In this document: piece after piece, positions 9,240 through 19,150 of the stretch
Position numbering within the stretch: position 1 is the stretch's first letter
How the letters are laid out: the number at the start of each line of letters is the position of its first letter
Virus record (IMG/VR): IMGVR_UViG_3300028558_000016
Location: 248,001-312,000 of that record
Length of the DNA: 64,000 nt
Reading direction: 5' to 3' (one strand)
The notes under the pieces: generated by a model
Database searches by the model: none
The model's input: only the letters and a program-made list of their open reading frames with translations
Told to the model about the DNA's origin: nothing
Translations under genes and position numbers: made by a program

Positions 9240-9514
9240 TGGAATTAGTTGATTTTGTTCAAAATAAAATATTACAGAGAAGAAGGGCATTTGATAGGAA
9301 CCACGTCATTTTTAAATATGCAGATTACCTTCTTGAAAGTATAGCTAAACTTAAATTTCCATTGAAGTACGGAAGGATAGCACGTTTGATATATGATACT
9401 AACCATGATTTCTATATTGGAAAAATTTCAGAAGATGAAGCAAGAGAACATCTTGAATATTTTGCAAGTAAAATAGACACATTTCACGAACATGAAAATC
9501 GTAAAAACATTTAA
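9239..9514 (+). CDS. Hypothetical protein
   Basis: TAATG-coupled ORF. Confidence 0.55.
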   Translation: MELVDFVQNKILQRRRAFDRNHVIFKYADYLLESIAKLKFPLKYGRIARLIYDTNHDFYIGKISEDEAREHLEYFASKIDTFHEHENRKNI

Positions 9515-9908
9515 AGATGGAACAGTCCTGGTCGAATCCGACCAAGGAAGCGCCGTCATGGACCTTGACGAATATGAACGTCTAAGGCTCAAAAATTTTG
9601 ATCTCGGAGAAGAGATCTTAAAAAGATTGAAGGACACTTTTTCTCATTGCTCATTCTCAATACATGAGATGAAATCGAGAGAACACATCTACATGGATGA
9701 CTCAATAGAACTCACAAACTTGTCAATAGGGTCTCTTGAATTCTGGATACGTGACGAGAAAATGACATACGATGATATTATGAAGTATATGGACCAGAAA
9801 ATCATGCCTCCTATATTAATGGAAGTTAATAAAGTTGAATGCAAAAGGTGTCAGGATTTCATGTATTTTTTCAATCATTATGCCCGAAACAAAGGCCCTA
9901 AAGACTAA
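9492..9908 (+). CDS. Hypothetical protein
   Basis: Overlapping co-oriented ORF. Confidence 0.55.
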   Translation: MKIVKTFKDGTVLVESDQGSAVMDLDEYERLRLKNFDLGEEILKRLKDTFSHCSFSIHEMKSREHIYMDDSIELTNLSIGSLEFWIRDEKMTYDDIMKYMDQKIMPPILMEVNKVECKRCQDFMYFFNHYARNKGPKD

Positions 9909-9919
9909 TAGAATTAAAT

Positions 9920-10237
9920 ATGTTAGAGGTTTCTGCGTACATAGCAATGCTTATAGTTTTAGTTTCTTTCACGATGAAGGACATGGTGAAACTCAGGATA
10001 TTAAACAGCATTGCCTGTGCCATATTCGTGGTGTATGGAATTGCACATGACACGATGCCGATAGTAGTGATGAACATTTCTGTGATACTAATAAATGTTT
10101 ATTATTTGATCAAGACTAAACGAACAACAAAAATATTTGAGGGAAGTAAACCTCTCACTGGTTTTGAAGCTGATGTGCTTAGCGAGACTTTAAGTAAGAC
10201 CTCAAAAAGCACTCCAACACTTCCAGGAAGAAAATGA
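9920..10237 (+). CDS. YgjV-like inner-membrane protein
   Basis: SF.MK..KLRILN.IAC.IF..YG...P...N pattern; three TM helices. Confidence 0.7.
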   Translation: MLEVSAYIAMLIVLVSFTMKDMVKLRILNSIACAIFVVYGIAHDTMPIVVMNISVILINVYYLIKTKRTTKIFEGSKPLTGFEADVLSETLSKTSKSTPTLPGRK

Positions 10238-10275
10238 TCTGAACGATTATTAACAAACAAAAAACGTCAATTAAA

Positions 10276-11556
10276 ATGGCAAAAAAAGTAACAACAAAAG
10301 CAGCTTCAACGAAAGCAACAACGTCAAAAGGATTCGACTTCGGAAAATTCGATGCACAGCTATCGAAGATTGAAGGATTCGAAACAGGGTCAATTTTCGA
10401 GAACAATGTATTCTCCGAAGTGGATGAGTGGATCAGCGTAGGAAACTACTTGATGAATGCTCAATTCTCTGGAACATTGTTTGGTGGAATTCCAAACACA
10501 AGAAGCGTAGGATTTGGTGGAGATCCAGGAAGCGGTAAAACGTTCCTGTGTTTGAACATCGTACGCGAAGCACAAAAGACAGGATACTTTGTATTCTATT
10601 GTGACACAGAAGGAGCAGTGGATAGAGAACAAGCAACAAACTTTGGGATTGACACATCGAAAGTAAGGTATCAACCTATCAAGACGATTTCTCAATTCAA
10701 AACATTTGTGGTCACTGTTATTGGAATGTTGAAAGAAGAAAAGAAAAAACGTCCAGACAATGATCCGCCTAAGTTCATGATTGTGTTAGACTCTCTTGGA
10801 ATGTTAACCACAGACAAGGAACAAAAAGATGCAATCGCAGGACACAACGCGCAAGACATGGGGTCTAAAGCTAAGGAGCTTCGTTCATTGTTTAGAAACA
10901 TCACGTTAGACCTTGCAGAACACAGAGTTCCATTAATATGTACAAACCACTCTTCGTGGGGAGGTATGATGGCACCTAAGACTGTATCAGGTGGTGACGG
11001 TCCAATTTTTGCAATGTCTCTTTTGTCGATGTTAAGCACAAAACAATTGAAAGAAGGTGATGTTAAAACTGGAATCATTGTTAAGAGCAGCATGAAGAAA
11101 AGCAGATTTGCTATTCCAAGATCAATCGAAATTCACATATCATTCTTGAAAGGAATGAATCCTTTCGTTGGTCTTGAGCACTTTATAAGCTGGGAAAATT
11201 GTGGAGTGGAAAGAGGAACTATCCTAACTGCAAAAGAAGCAACAAAACAAAAAGTGGATGGAGAAGCTTACAAGACAACCTTAGTCGATGAAGAGACTGG
11301 AGAAATGTCAGAAGTTGATTTAGTGTTTGTGGCTAAAGCGACTGCAAAAACATTCGCAGTAAAACATCTTGGCAAAAATGTTTCTCCCAAAGAATTATTT
11401 TCTGAGAAAGTGTTTACTCTTGAAGTTTTAAAACAGTTAGACGAAAACGCCATCAAGCCTTACTTCTCATTCCCTTCAAAAGAAGAAGCAGAAGCGCAAG
11501 AAGCAGCACAGTACGAAGAAGTTTTAGATTCAGATGATTCTGAGTCTGAAGATTAA
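10276..11556 (+). CDS. uvsX: RecA/UvsX-like recombinase
   Basis: Walker A GDPGSGKT, CDTEGA, IVLDSLG, ICTNH, SGG, KSRF; acidic C-terminal tail. Confidence 0.9.
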   Translation: MAKKVTTKAASTKATTSKGFDFGKFDAQLSKIEGFETGSIFENNVFSEVDEWISVGNYLMNAQFSGTLFGGIPNTRSVGFGGDPGSGKTFLCLNIVREAQKTGYFVFYCDTEGAVDREQATNFGIDTSKVRYQPIKTISQFKTFVVTVIGMLKEEKKKRPDNDPPKFMIVLDSLGMLTTDKEQKDAIAGHNAQDMGSKAKELRSLFRNITLDLAEHRVPLICTNHSSWGGMMAPKTVSGGDGPIFAMSLLSMLSTKQLKEGDVKTGIIVKSSMKKSRFAIPRSIEIHISFLKGMNPFVGLEHFISWENCGVERGTILTAKEATKQKVDGEAYKTTLVDEETGEMSEVDLVFVAKATAKTFAVKHLGKNVSPKELFSEKVFTLEVLKQLDENAIKPYFSFPSKEEAEAQEAAQYEEVLDSDDSESED

Positions 11557-11645
11557 ATAAATACTATACGGTTTTACGCGTTAATAAAGATTATAAGGGC
11601 GCTTAATCTTTTTCCGTATCTTGTTTTTAACTAACACACTTTTCC

Positions 11646-11975
11646 ATGAAGGACGACAAAGAAAAGAAGAAAGAGCCTGAGATTGATTTCGAATCCAAGT
11701 ACTACCAGGCGATGAAAGAAAACGTCCTACACAAGGACAAAAAGATCTCGATAGAATTCACTGCAATAGAGATAGATTTTTTGAAGTCTGTGATGTATGA
11801 AGAGCTGTATGACGTGAGAGACCGTGCATACTTTTCCGATGATTCAGAGAATGATGAAGACAATGAAGCAATGAAAAATCTAAAACCTCAGAAGGATGTG
11901 GTTTTGAATTCAATGATCGAAGAGAAAAGAACTATGATGGAAACCATAGTAAAAAAATTACGGTTTGAAATATGA
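11646..11975 (+). CDS. Hypothetical protein
   Basis: Co-oriented ORF. Confidence 0.55.
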   Translation: MKDDKEKKKEPEIDFESKYYQAMKENVLHKDKKISIEFTAIEIDFLKSVMYEELYDVRDRAYFSDDSENDEDNEAMKNLKPQKDVVLNSMIEEKRTMMETIVKKLRFEI

Positions 11976-12289
11976 GCGACATCGTCGACAGAATAAACGA
12001 GGAGAACAGAAAGAAGTACGGAGAGGTTCAAGCATGTTGTGGACTTCATTACGAATATTGCAGATGCGAAACCAAACCTTTGAAATTTGAAAAGGATTAT
12101 TGGTTTGGAACTCCTGGTGATGGACCAGCACCTAAAATAGAAACATTGGAATGGGATCACACTGATGACGAAGTTTCAAAATGGTTTAAAAAGAAATTAA
12201 TGGAAGCAGCAGAGATGCCTTCAACTCTCGTTAAAGGAGAAAGATTTGTAAAAAAGACTTTTTGGCAACGATTAAAATTTTGGAAATGA
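11972..12289 (+). CDS. Hypothetical protein
   Basis: ATGA-coupled; CC..H...C.C cluster. Confidence 0.55.
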   Translation: MSDIVDRINEENRKKYGEVQACCGLHYEYCRCETKPLKFEKDYWFGTPGDGPAPKIETLEWDHTDDEVSKWFKKKLMEAAEMPSTLVKGERFVKKTFWQRLKFWK

Positions 12290-12591
12290 CACAAGAAAAC
12301 ATACCAGTAAAATACACAATGAACATTTGGAAAGGACTTCCTGTTTATCCAACTAAGCTCGACGTGTTGTTTGAGATCTATTCAAATCTATTCAAGAATG
12401 GAAAAACTGAATTCTCAGAGCTTACATTGAATTCCATTTGGTATGATGAAAAAGGATCTGGTAATTGGAAAGGAACTAAATACGAACATTATTTCATTGA
12501 GCTACAAAAGGATTTGACCATAAGAGAAATAAAGAATACTAATGGAAAGTCTTGGTTAGTAATCGATGATTCTAAAAATCCATTCAAATGA
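12286..12591 (+). CDS. Hypothetical protein
   Basis: ATGA-coupled start at 12286. Confidence 0.55.
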   Translation: MTQENIPVKYTMNIWKGLPVYPTKLDVLFEIYSNLFKNGKTEFSELTLNSIWYDEKGSGNWKGTKYEHYFIELQKDLTIREIKNTNGKSWLVIDDSKNPFK

Positions 12592-12860
12592 ACATTAGCA
12601 AACATTTTGAATTCGAGGATTGGCACAAATGCTTTGCCTATTTTGATGAGATGGCAAAGCAGGAAATAAAAAATCTAAGGCTTGTGATAAGCACTCATTG
12701 GGCCTCAGAAGGATATTGGATAGAAAACACAACTGAGGAAGTTTCTTCAGAAGATTACGTTTACACACCAGAAGAAGTTCCTGCACTTATGGAAAGAGTG
12801 AAAGATGGAATTGAACAAGCTAAAATACAAGGAATGCTTGGACCTGGTTTAATACTTTAA
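12588..12860 (+). CDS. Hypothetical protein
   Basis: ATGA-coupled. Confidence 0.55.
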   Translation: MNISKHFEFEDWHKCFAYFDEMAKQEIKNLRLVISTHWASEGYWIENTTEEVSSEDYVYTPEEVPALMERVKDGIEQAKIQGMLGPGLIL

Positions 12861-12872
12861 AACAATCATACA

Positions 12873-13094
12873 ATGAACATAATTCTTATTGACCTAAAAA
12901 ACCCTAAGGAAGTTGAAAAATTCGTATCATTGAATCCATCAGGCAACGGAAAGATGCTTGATAATTACATTAAGGAAGGAAGAACTGAAATAGGGTACGA
13001 CGAATCAACAGGAGATATTCTGTTGGCCATCCAAAATGGAAAATTGCTTTATCTCGAAGACAAATTGAATATTAACTTTAAAAGAATAGTATGA
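12873..13094 (+). CDS. Hypothetical protein
   Basis: Co-oriented ORF. Confidence 0.5.
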   Translation: MNIILIDLKNPKEVEKFVSLNPSGNGKMLDNYIKEGRTEIGYDESTGDILLAIQNGKLLYLEDKLNINFKRIV

Positions 13095-13345
13095 AAAAGG
13101 AAAAAAAGAAATCCGAGTTTCACGGAAAAGTAGCTGAAGCATTAAAAACAGGACCAGTGTTTGCTCAAAAAATATCATACGTTGTTGACAAAGAAGCATT
13201 GACTGAACAATTATTGAAAGATGACTCTGCCAATTGGCTTATTGAAAAAGGTGCAACAATGATTCTTAAAGGAGAAACGCCTGGAAAGAATATGATACTA
13301 ATGCTTGAACATTTGAACATCATCAAAGTACAATATCACCAATGA
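13091..13345 (+). CDS. Hypothetical protein
   Basis: ATGA-coupled. Confidence 0.5.
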   Translation: MKKEKKKSEFHGKVAEALKTGPVFAQKISYVVDKEALTEQLLKDDSANWLIEKGATMILKGETPGKNMILMLEHLNIIKVQYHQ

Positions 13346-13767
13346 GAATCTTTGGATGTGAAATATGTTCCTATAAGCCAATAGTATTTGGCGATTTAGT
13401 AGCCAATCAATTTGTCCTCTTTGAACATAAAAGATTATTTGGAATAATCTTTTTCTATTTTAAGGGAAAAATGCAGGACAGATTTCACACTCACGCTTTC
13501 AATGCAGTATCATTTAAGCTTTGGGGAACGTACCTCGAAGGAATATTAGACATCGATCATAGGAATGTCAGATATGAAATGAGGAAGAAGATAATAAAAT
13601 ACTTTCCAAGAGATTCGTATCATTCGATCAACGACTCAAATGGATGCTGCACATTATTGATACAAGGTCCTTGGAAGGAAACGTGGAAGGAATATAAGAA
13701 TGGAAAAGAAACAACATTAACCTGGCACAGAAAAGAATTGTATGAAACTATCAAAGACAAAAACTAA
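13342..13767 (+). CDS. Cupin-fold protein
   Basis: FHTHAF...E...YHSI...TLLIQGP metal-ligand pattern. Confidence 0.6.
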   Translation: MRIFGCEICSYKPIVFGDLVANQFVLFEHKRLFGIIFFYFKGKMQDRFHTHAFNAVSFKLWGTYLEGILDIDHRNVRYEMRKKIIKYFPRDSYHSINDSNGCCTLLIQGPWKETWKEYKNGKETTLTWHRKELYETIKDKN

Positions 13768-13924
13768 AGAAGACGAGTGGGACGACTTCATCAAGAAATA
13801 TAGAATTCCAGATTTTGATGGAAATACTCCTATGACTAAAGGAGAAATAAAAATGTTGAAAGCAGTTTTCTGGGGAATTCTTTTCACATGGATAGGAATG
13901 ATGATAATGATCGCAACACACTAA
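13742..13924 (+). CDS. Small membrane protein
   Basis: C-terminal hydrophobic helix. Confidence 0.45.
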   Translation: MKLSKTKTKEDEWDDFIKKYRIPDFDGNTPMTKGEIKMLKAVFWGILFTWIGMMIMIATH

Positions 13925-13927
13925 ACA

Positions 13928-14377
13928 ATGATAAAAGTATACATAGCAAGTCCATACACAATAGGTGATGTGGCAGTAAACGTAAAGAGACAGCTTGATT
14001 GTGCAGACGAATTGATGACCGCAGGGTTTGCGCCATTCGCACCATTGTACAGCCACTTCCAACACATGGCACATCCAAGACCATACACCGATTGGATTGA
14101 GATTGATTTAGTATGGGTGGAAGTTTGTGATTGCGTTTTACGATTAGATGGAGAAAGCAAAGGAGCTGATGGAGAAGTAAATCACGCTTTGAAATTAAAC
14201 AAGCCCATCTTCCATTCATTAGAAGAACTTATCAAATATTACACATATCAGAAAAGTAATTTTAATCTTAATGGATTTCCGTTAACTGATATGGATGAAG
14301 TAAAACCAATCGACGGAATACCTAAGCCAGAACTTTTATATTTTGATAATTTAAACAAAGCGAAAAATGACACCTAA
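13928..14377 (+). CDS. DUF4406/nucleoside 2-deoxyribosyltransferase-fold protein
   Basis: KVYIASPY...CDCVLRLDGESKGADGE...KPIF. Confidence 0.7.
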   Translation: MIKVYIASPYTIGDVAVNVKRQLDCADELMTAGFAPFAPLYSHFQHMAHPRPYTDWIEIDLVWVEVCDCVLRLDGESKGADGEVNHALKLNKPIFHSLEELIKYYTYQKSNFNLNGFPLTDMDEVKPIDGIPKPELLYFDNLNKAKNDT

Positions 14378-14621
14378 AAAATTTCCAGAAGCAAACGTGG
14401 TATTCGCAAAAGATCAACCACAGTATCAACCATTACCAGCATTCAGAAGCGATGCTCCTACAGGAGAAGTAGTAACATGTTGGAATCTTTCATTAAAGGA
14501 AAGATTAAGAGTTTTGTTCAAAGGAGAAATCTGGATGAGCATGATGACGTTCAACAAACCTTTGACTCCAAGTTTTATGACGACAGAGAAAAAAGAAGTA
14601 TTAACCACAAATGAAAATTAA
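14367..14621 (+). CDS. Conserved phage hypothetical protein
   Basis: FAKDQPQYQPLPA...TCWNLSLKERL pattern. Confidence 0.55.
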   Translation: MTPKKFPEANVVFAKDQPQYQPLPAFRSDAPTGEVVTCWNLSLKERLRVLFKGEIWMSMMTFNKPLTPSFMTTEKKEVLTTNEN

Positions 14622-14793
14622 AACAGATTCTGAACGAGAAGATTATTATCTTGAATTCGTTGAAGGAATATATGACAGGTTCGGAAGAGAAGGATTGTGC
14701 AGGCTCATCAATGTGGTTGACGTATTAAATGAAATAGAAATTAAACCAATAAAATATGTGGGTAAAAACAGAAAGAGAAAGAGATGTATTTAA
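14611..14793 (+). CDS. Hypothetical protein
   Basis: Overlapping co-oriented ORF. Confidence 0.4.
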   Translation: MKIKTDSEREDYYLEFVEGIYDRFGREGLCRLINVVDVLNEIEIKPIKYVGKNRKRKRCI

Positions 14794-15112
14794 CATAGAC
14801 GAAAGTTATGTTAAGACTAATGAAGATGGAACTAAAGAACGAATGAGATTTGTTCAGTATCCAAAAACTCCGAAAGGAATGGTCAATTGCTTCCATACCA
14901 AGATAAGAAAAACAAATGTAACGTTTGGTGAATTTTTTGGAAAGGATTATGCAGGAAGCGAAGAATATCTTTGGGAGACCATGTTTAATACCTCAAAAGA
15001 AATATCGTTGGAAGACGTTGAATATTATTTCGGATTCGATATTTCTTCAAACAGCAAAGTAAATAAAATAACAAAAACCATTAAAGACATTTTCAATGGA
15101 TTCAAAATATAA
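14756..15112 (+). CDS. Hypothetical protein
   Basis: Co-oriented ORF. Confidence 0.5.
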   Translation: MWVKTERERDVFNIDESYVKTNEDGTKERMRFVQYPKTPKGMVNCFHTKIRKTNVTFGEFFGKDYAGSEEYLWETMFNTSKEISLEDVEYYFGFDISSNSKVNKITKTIKDIFNGFKI

Positions 15113-15323
15113 TTCGCAATTCATGGATTGGCTATACAAGAAGTATCAAGCTGGTACATTAGACATGAACACTGGAAACCTAACTGTATCTGGTGACGAA
15201 TGGTTCGAAAACGAATACATCGAATACAAGAAATATCATCCGTATGCCGGAGTGTTCGTAAAGAATCTTTCTATGGATGAATTCGTTAATGAGATAAACA
15301 AATTAAAAAATAAATCAAAATGA
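15096..15323 (+). CDS. Hypothetical protein
   Basis: Co-oriented ORF. Confidence 0.5.
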   Translation: MDSKYNSQFMDWLYKKYQAGTLDMNTGNLTVSGDEWFENEYIEYKKYHPYAGVFVKNLSMDEFVNEINKLKNKSK

Positions 15324-15736
15324 AATTAATAAAGAACAGCATCAAGACCCCAGACGGAACAATTCTCATTTCAAGACACACGCATGATTATGTGACTCAC
15401 ACAGACTCAACAAATGGAAATGAATACGGAGTCGATGGAGGAATATCGTACTCAAGAAGGATAGGAAACACTGAGGACTGTGAGGACCTTAACGTATGGA
15501 TAGACGAAACTAAGTTTGAAGAAGAATTCACCAAGATAAGAGAATGTCTTGAATGGGGATCCCGTGGCAAAAAAGGAGATCAACCTTTGAAATGGGTTAA
15601 GATAAGCGAGATGACTGATGAACATTTAAACGCATTGGTGAATCTTTACGGAGGACCGGTCGATGAATTCTACAAGAAGAGTTTCAAGTATGAAGCTGAT
15701 TACAGAAAAGTTCATTCCATTTCAATAACAGATTAA
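15320..15736 (+). CDS. Conserved phage hypothetical protein
   Basis: SRHTHDYVTH...VDGG.SY.RR...WG motif. Confidence 0.6.
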   Translation: MKLIKNSIKTPDGTILISRHTHDYVTHTDSTNGNEYGVDGGISYSRRIGNTEDCEDLNVWIDETKFEEEFTKIRECLEWGSRGKKGDQPLKWVKISEMTDEHLNALVNLYGGPVDEFYKKSFKYEADYRKVHSISITD

Positions 15737-16041
15737 TGGAAAAGATAATAAACTTCGTGACTCGTCTAAGAAGAAAGAATTTCGTTTTATCAAACGAAAA
15801 TCTTTCAGCTATAGTTAGCAGGTATTCATTCAATTGCAATAGCAAAGAAGCAAGAAGAGCTATCGCGGCTGATATAAAAAATGCCATGAATGATCCTTAT
15901 GCAAACGTAATTGATTCAACTCTCCCATCTGAGGAAGAACAAGGAATAATGGCATTCTTGATAATGAATCCCCCAACTTGCAAGATAATATTCATTTACC
16001 CCTCTGGTAAAACTACATCATCTGAAACCTTTAAAAACTGA
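15736..16041 (+). CDS. Hypothetical protein
   Basis: TAATG-coupled. Confidence 0.5.
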   Translation: MEKIINFVTRLRRKNFVLSNENLSAIVSRYSFNCNSKEARRAIAADIKNAMNDPYANVIDSTLPSEEEQGIMAFLIMNPPTCKIIFIYPSGKTTSSETFKN

Positions 16042-16055
16042 TTAATATAATTAAT

Positions 16056-16997
16056 ATGAACATATTAGACGAAGCAAACAAGATAGTAAACGAGAGAAGC
16101 GAAGAAAAAGAAAGAGCTTATGGTTCCTTCTCAGAAGGAATGAAGAGAGCTGCTTCCATCGCATCAGGCATGACTGGGAAGGACATAACAGCAGACGACA
16201 TGTTCGCATGCATGGTTGCTTTAAAGTTCTCAAGACAATCGTTCAATCACAAGACCGATAATCTATTGGATGCCGTTGCATACATTGGAGCATGGCAAAA
16301 CTTCATTGAAGAGAGGAAAGACGCCAATGATAAATTGGATAAACTAAAACAAGAACTAAATGAGGTAAAAGAATTCTTTAAGAATGATGGGCCAACACAA
16401 GATATTCCATCTGATCTCTGGAAAGAATACGTTGCTGAAGACGTTAAACATTTATCTCCTGTGCAAGAAATTAAAGATCTCGACGAGCAAAAAGAATTCA
16501 AGCAAAAGTTTGAAGAGGAAGTATTTGGAGAAAAAACTCTTCCAAGCTGGGCTTCAATGAGACCGGCAGATGCATTTAAAGAATTGGACGAGAAGCTTCA
16601 GGTCATGACTGATTCAATAATAGCTGTTCACAACAACATGATGGACATCAAGAAGGAAGTCAACATGAATACTGAATATGCCAAATACCTTGCAGAGAAC
16701 ATAGACAAAAGCATAACGTATCAAGAATATTTAGCAGAACAGCTTGATGCTACAATTGGAAAAATCGAAACGAACGGCATCAATGAACACATTAAAACAT
16801 CATTCTTGAACGGAGACAAATACTTTCCACACAGTGCCAAGGACATTGATTCTGGAGCAATCAACTGGGAAGGAAAACCAGTTAACCTAAAAGACCATCT
16901 CGATGTTCTAACCAAATACATTGAGTATGTAGCAGAACACGTCAAGCAATTGAAAGAGAACAAGCCGGTTGATGCTGGCGATGCCGGACCAAATTGA
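16056..16997 (+). CDS. DUF6378-like domain fused to a coiled coil with scaffold-like Y..Y.AE repeats
   Basis: ILDEA..IV..R...YG...ALK.SR...H..DN..D..AY; then EYAKYLAE, TYQEYLAE, KYIEYVAE. Confidence 0.6.
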   Translation: MNILDEANKIVNERSEEKERAYGSFSEGMKRAASIASGMTGKDITADDMFACMVALKFSRQSFNHKTDNLLDAVAYIGAWQNFIEERKDANDKLDKLKQELNEVKEFFKNDGPTQDIPSDLWKEYVAEDVKHLSPVQEIKDLDEQKEFKQKFEEEVFGEKTLPSWASMRPADAFKELDEKLQVMTDSIIAVHNNMMDIKKEVNMNTEYAKYLAENIDKSITYQEYLAEQLDATIGKIETNGINEHIKTSFLNGDKYFPHSAKDIDSGAINWEGKPVNLKDHLDVLTKYIEYVAEHVKQLKENKPVDAGDAGPN

Positions 16998-16998
16998 T

Positions 16999-17022
16999 AA
17001 AAAGGCCTTCGAGGCCTTTTTT
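16999..17022 (+). terminator. Intrinsic terminator
   Basis: aaaaaggcct-tcg-aggccttttt. Confidence 0.8.
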
Positions 17023-17038
17023 CTTTTAAAATTTTCAG

Positions 17039-17045
17039 ATATATA
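17039..17045 (+). promoter_or_regulatory. Putative late promoter ATATATA
   Basis: Starts the structural-type gene cluster; AATATATA recurs at 26056, 28219, 40936 and 50823 (minus). Confidence 0.45.
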
Positions 17046-17068
17046 CATAAAATATAGACTTCATAACC

Positions 17069-17428
17069 ATGGACCAAAAAGATGTAAAAAGAAGAGACGT
17101 ACTTCCATTTAACGAATTCGTTAAAGCGAGAGACACTGCAATGAAAGCGGTGATGTCTAAAGAAGGTGTAGATCCACATCCAGGTGCACACGGCATCAAA
17201 GGAGAAGACCTATACGTTAGAAACGATGCAAACGTTTACAAGGCTGCTGGAATTCCACACAACGAAGACCAAGCTGACATCAACAACAAAGTCAATGCAA
17301 ACCAAACTGACGTGCAAGCAAAACCTCATGATGGAGAAGATCCAACAGGAGAAGATGCTAAGTCAAAGAATGTAACCATTCCTGCGACAACAAAGTTTGA
17401 TACAGATCCGTTGTTCAAAAAGAAATAA
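17069..17428 (+). CDS. Putative virion/head protein
   Basis: First gene after the late-promoter motif; N-terminal VLPFNEF resembles the shared signal. Confidence 0.55.
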   Translation: MDQKDVKRRDVLPFNEFVKARDTAMKAVMSKEGVDPHPGAHGIKGEDLYVRNDANVYKAAGIPHNEDQADINNKVNANQTDVQAKPHDGEDPTGEDAKSKNVTIPATTKFDTDPLFKKK

Positions 17429-17434
17429 TCTGAA

Positions 17435-18001
17435 ATGAAATACGTAAAACTATTCGAGGGATTTCTCTCTGAAAAAGAATCCGACGAAGAAGTAGACAGC
17501 TTCGGCAACAAGAAGAAAAAGAAAAAGGATGAAGAGGATCCCGGCACTGTTCTTTCCAATACTACTGGAATTGTTACTGCAATGGAAGTAACTGAAGCTA
17601 AAAATGAGGACATCAGCAAATGGGACGACAAGAGAGTTAATAAAATCTATGGATATTACTTAGATGGATTGTCAAACGCAGAAAGAGAAACAGAAGAGAA
17701 AAAGAAATTAAGCGTTGACAAGAAACGTGAAGTGTTGAAGAAGCAACAAGTTAAATTCGAAAAACAGTTCGAGGGATTTCTCTCAGAAGCTGAGGTAAAT
17801 GAAAACAAAAACACGTATCCTTCACATTGGACAAAAGATGATGTAATCACAGTCAATGCCATAAAAATTTCTTTGGAAGATTATGAGAGTCAAGGAGGAA
17901 AGATAACAAAGACATTAATAAAAGATTCCATAAAGGAATTTAAAGTTGATGCAAAAATTAAAAACGAAGTTCAATCGGAATTAGAAGGGATATATTTATA
18001 A
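17435..18001 (+). CDS. Putative internal head protein with two copies of the targeting motif
   Basis: MKYVKLFEGFLSE and internal KQFEGFLSE (DNA repeat ttcgagggatttctctc). Confidence 0.6.
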   Translation: MKYVKLFEGFLSEKESDEEVDSFGNKKKKKKDEEDPGTVLSNTTGIVTAMEVTEAKNEDISKWDDKRVNKIYGYYLDGLSNAERETEEKKKLSVDKKREVLKKQQVKFEKQFEGFLSEAEVNENKNTYPSHWTKDDVITVNAIKISLEDYESQGGKITKTLIKDSIKEFKVDAKIKNEVQSELEGIYL

Positions 18002-18663
18002 TGACTACAACCTACTCATACGGACCGTTAAAGAGCGACTACTTTTCTCAGTATGAGAAGATGTGGATAGAGGGCTTTTGTAAGGAAAACAAGATTGAAC
18101 TCTCTGAGTCCAATGTTTGCACAACCCTTTCAACCATTTTAAAAGGAAAGAGTCCAGAAACGGTTAATGTAAAGATCAAGGCCTTGATTACCGAAGCTGA
18201 GAAGTTCTCAAGCTATTCAAAAGACATGTTCATCAAATCATGGAACAACATCCTTGGATTCACGATGAGCACTGTAAAGCCAAACGGAACAATATCAGAG
18301 AATCAAAGAGAATCGATGAAGCTTACAAATGCTTATTGGCTTATGGAAGCTCCAAAGATCATGTCGCAAGAAATGCAATACGCATACTTCAAGAGCTTAG
18401 TAATAGAATGCCTATCTGAAAATGGAAAAGCATTGAATGAATTAAAGGATTTCAATCCAGCTAAACCAAGCAGAATAGTTGAGAACGCAAAAACATATTT
18501 CTCTTATGAGAAGGTGAAGATGAAATTTCCACCATGCAGCATAAGAACAGAAGAGATAAGAAAGAATGAGGTAGCATTAAACATGATACCAGAAGCTGAG
18601 AAGATTATTGCTATGATCTCGTGGACAGCCGAGACAACAAAACTCATGTCAATGTTCAAATGA
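18001..18663 (+). CDS. Hypothetical protein
   Basis: TAATG-coupled ORF. Confidence 0.6.
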   Translation: MTTTYSYGPLKSDYFSQYEKMWIEGFCKENKIELSESNVCTTLSTILKGKSPETVNVKIKALITEAEKFSSYSKDMFIKSWNNILGFTMSTVKPNGTISENQRESMKLTNAYWLMEAPKIMSQEMQYAYFKSLVIECLSENGKALNELKDFNPAKPSRIVENAKTYFSYEKVKMKFPPCSIRTEEIRKNEVALNMIPEAEKIIAMISWTAETTKLMSMFK

Positions 18664-18974
18664 AACACGTAAAACTATTTGAAGATCATAAACTCGACGA
18701 AGTAACAAGCGCCGAGATATGGAAAGCAGTTGACCAGGCACAGCTCGACGAATACGAGAAGAGCGGACCTAAGGAGTTAACCATCGGAGACATGGAATAT
18801 AAGATAAACAAGTATTGGATGAACGAGAATGACGTCCCTTCGCTTGAGGTGGTCAACAAAGATACAAACAGCGTTCATTATGTTCAGCTGGCATTAGTAT
18901 GGAGCGGATATGTTAATTGGAGCGCATTGGGTCCAAAGGAAAGAGAAGAACTAAGACAAAAATATTTATCGTAA
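18660..18974 (+). CDS. Putative internal head protein
   Basis: Start moved to ATG 18660, giving MKHVKLFEDHKLDE. Confidence 0.6.
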   Translation: MKHVKLFEDHKLDEVTSAEIWKAVDQAQLDEYEKSGPKELTIGDMEYKINKYWMNENDVPSLEVVNKDTNSVHYVQLALVWSGYVNWSALGPKEREELRQKYLS

Positions 18975-18991
18975 CACTTTAAAACAGAAGT

Positions 18992-19150
18992 ATGTCATTC
19001 AATAAGATTTATCTAAGAGATTTAAAAGAAGTAAAGAAAGAATTTTCAGAAGACCCTCAAGGGTTCAAAAGAAGAATGACAAAGGCGGATGCCTTGATAG
19101 GACCGGTAAGCTCGGTAAGGTTCGTGGAAAAAGTAATGAAAACAAAATGA
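18992..19150 (+). CDS. Small hypothetical protein (52 aa, not in the ORF track)
   Basis: MSFNKIYLRDLKE...KVMKTK; ATGA overlap with the next gene. Confidence 0.55.
   Translation: MSFNKIYLRDLKEVKKEFSEDPQGFKRRMTKADALIGPVSSVRFVEKVMKTK

Noticed and set aside
3030-11556. Inteins or introns in top6B/A, polB, uvsX
   Set aside because: Lengths and motif spacing are compact, with no LAGLIDADG or C...HN insertions.
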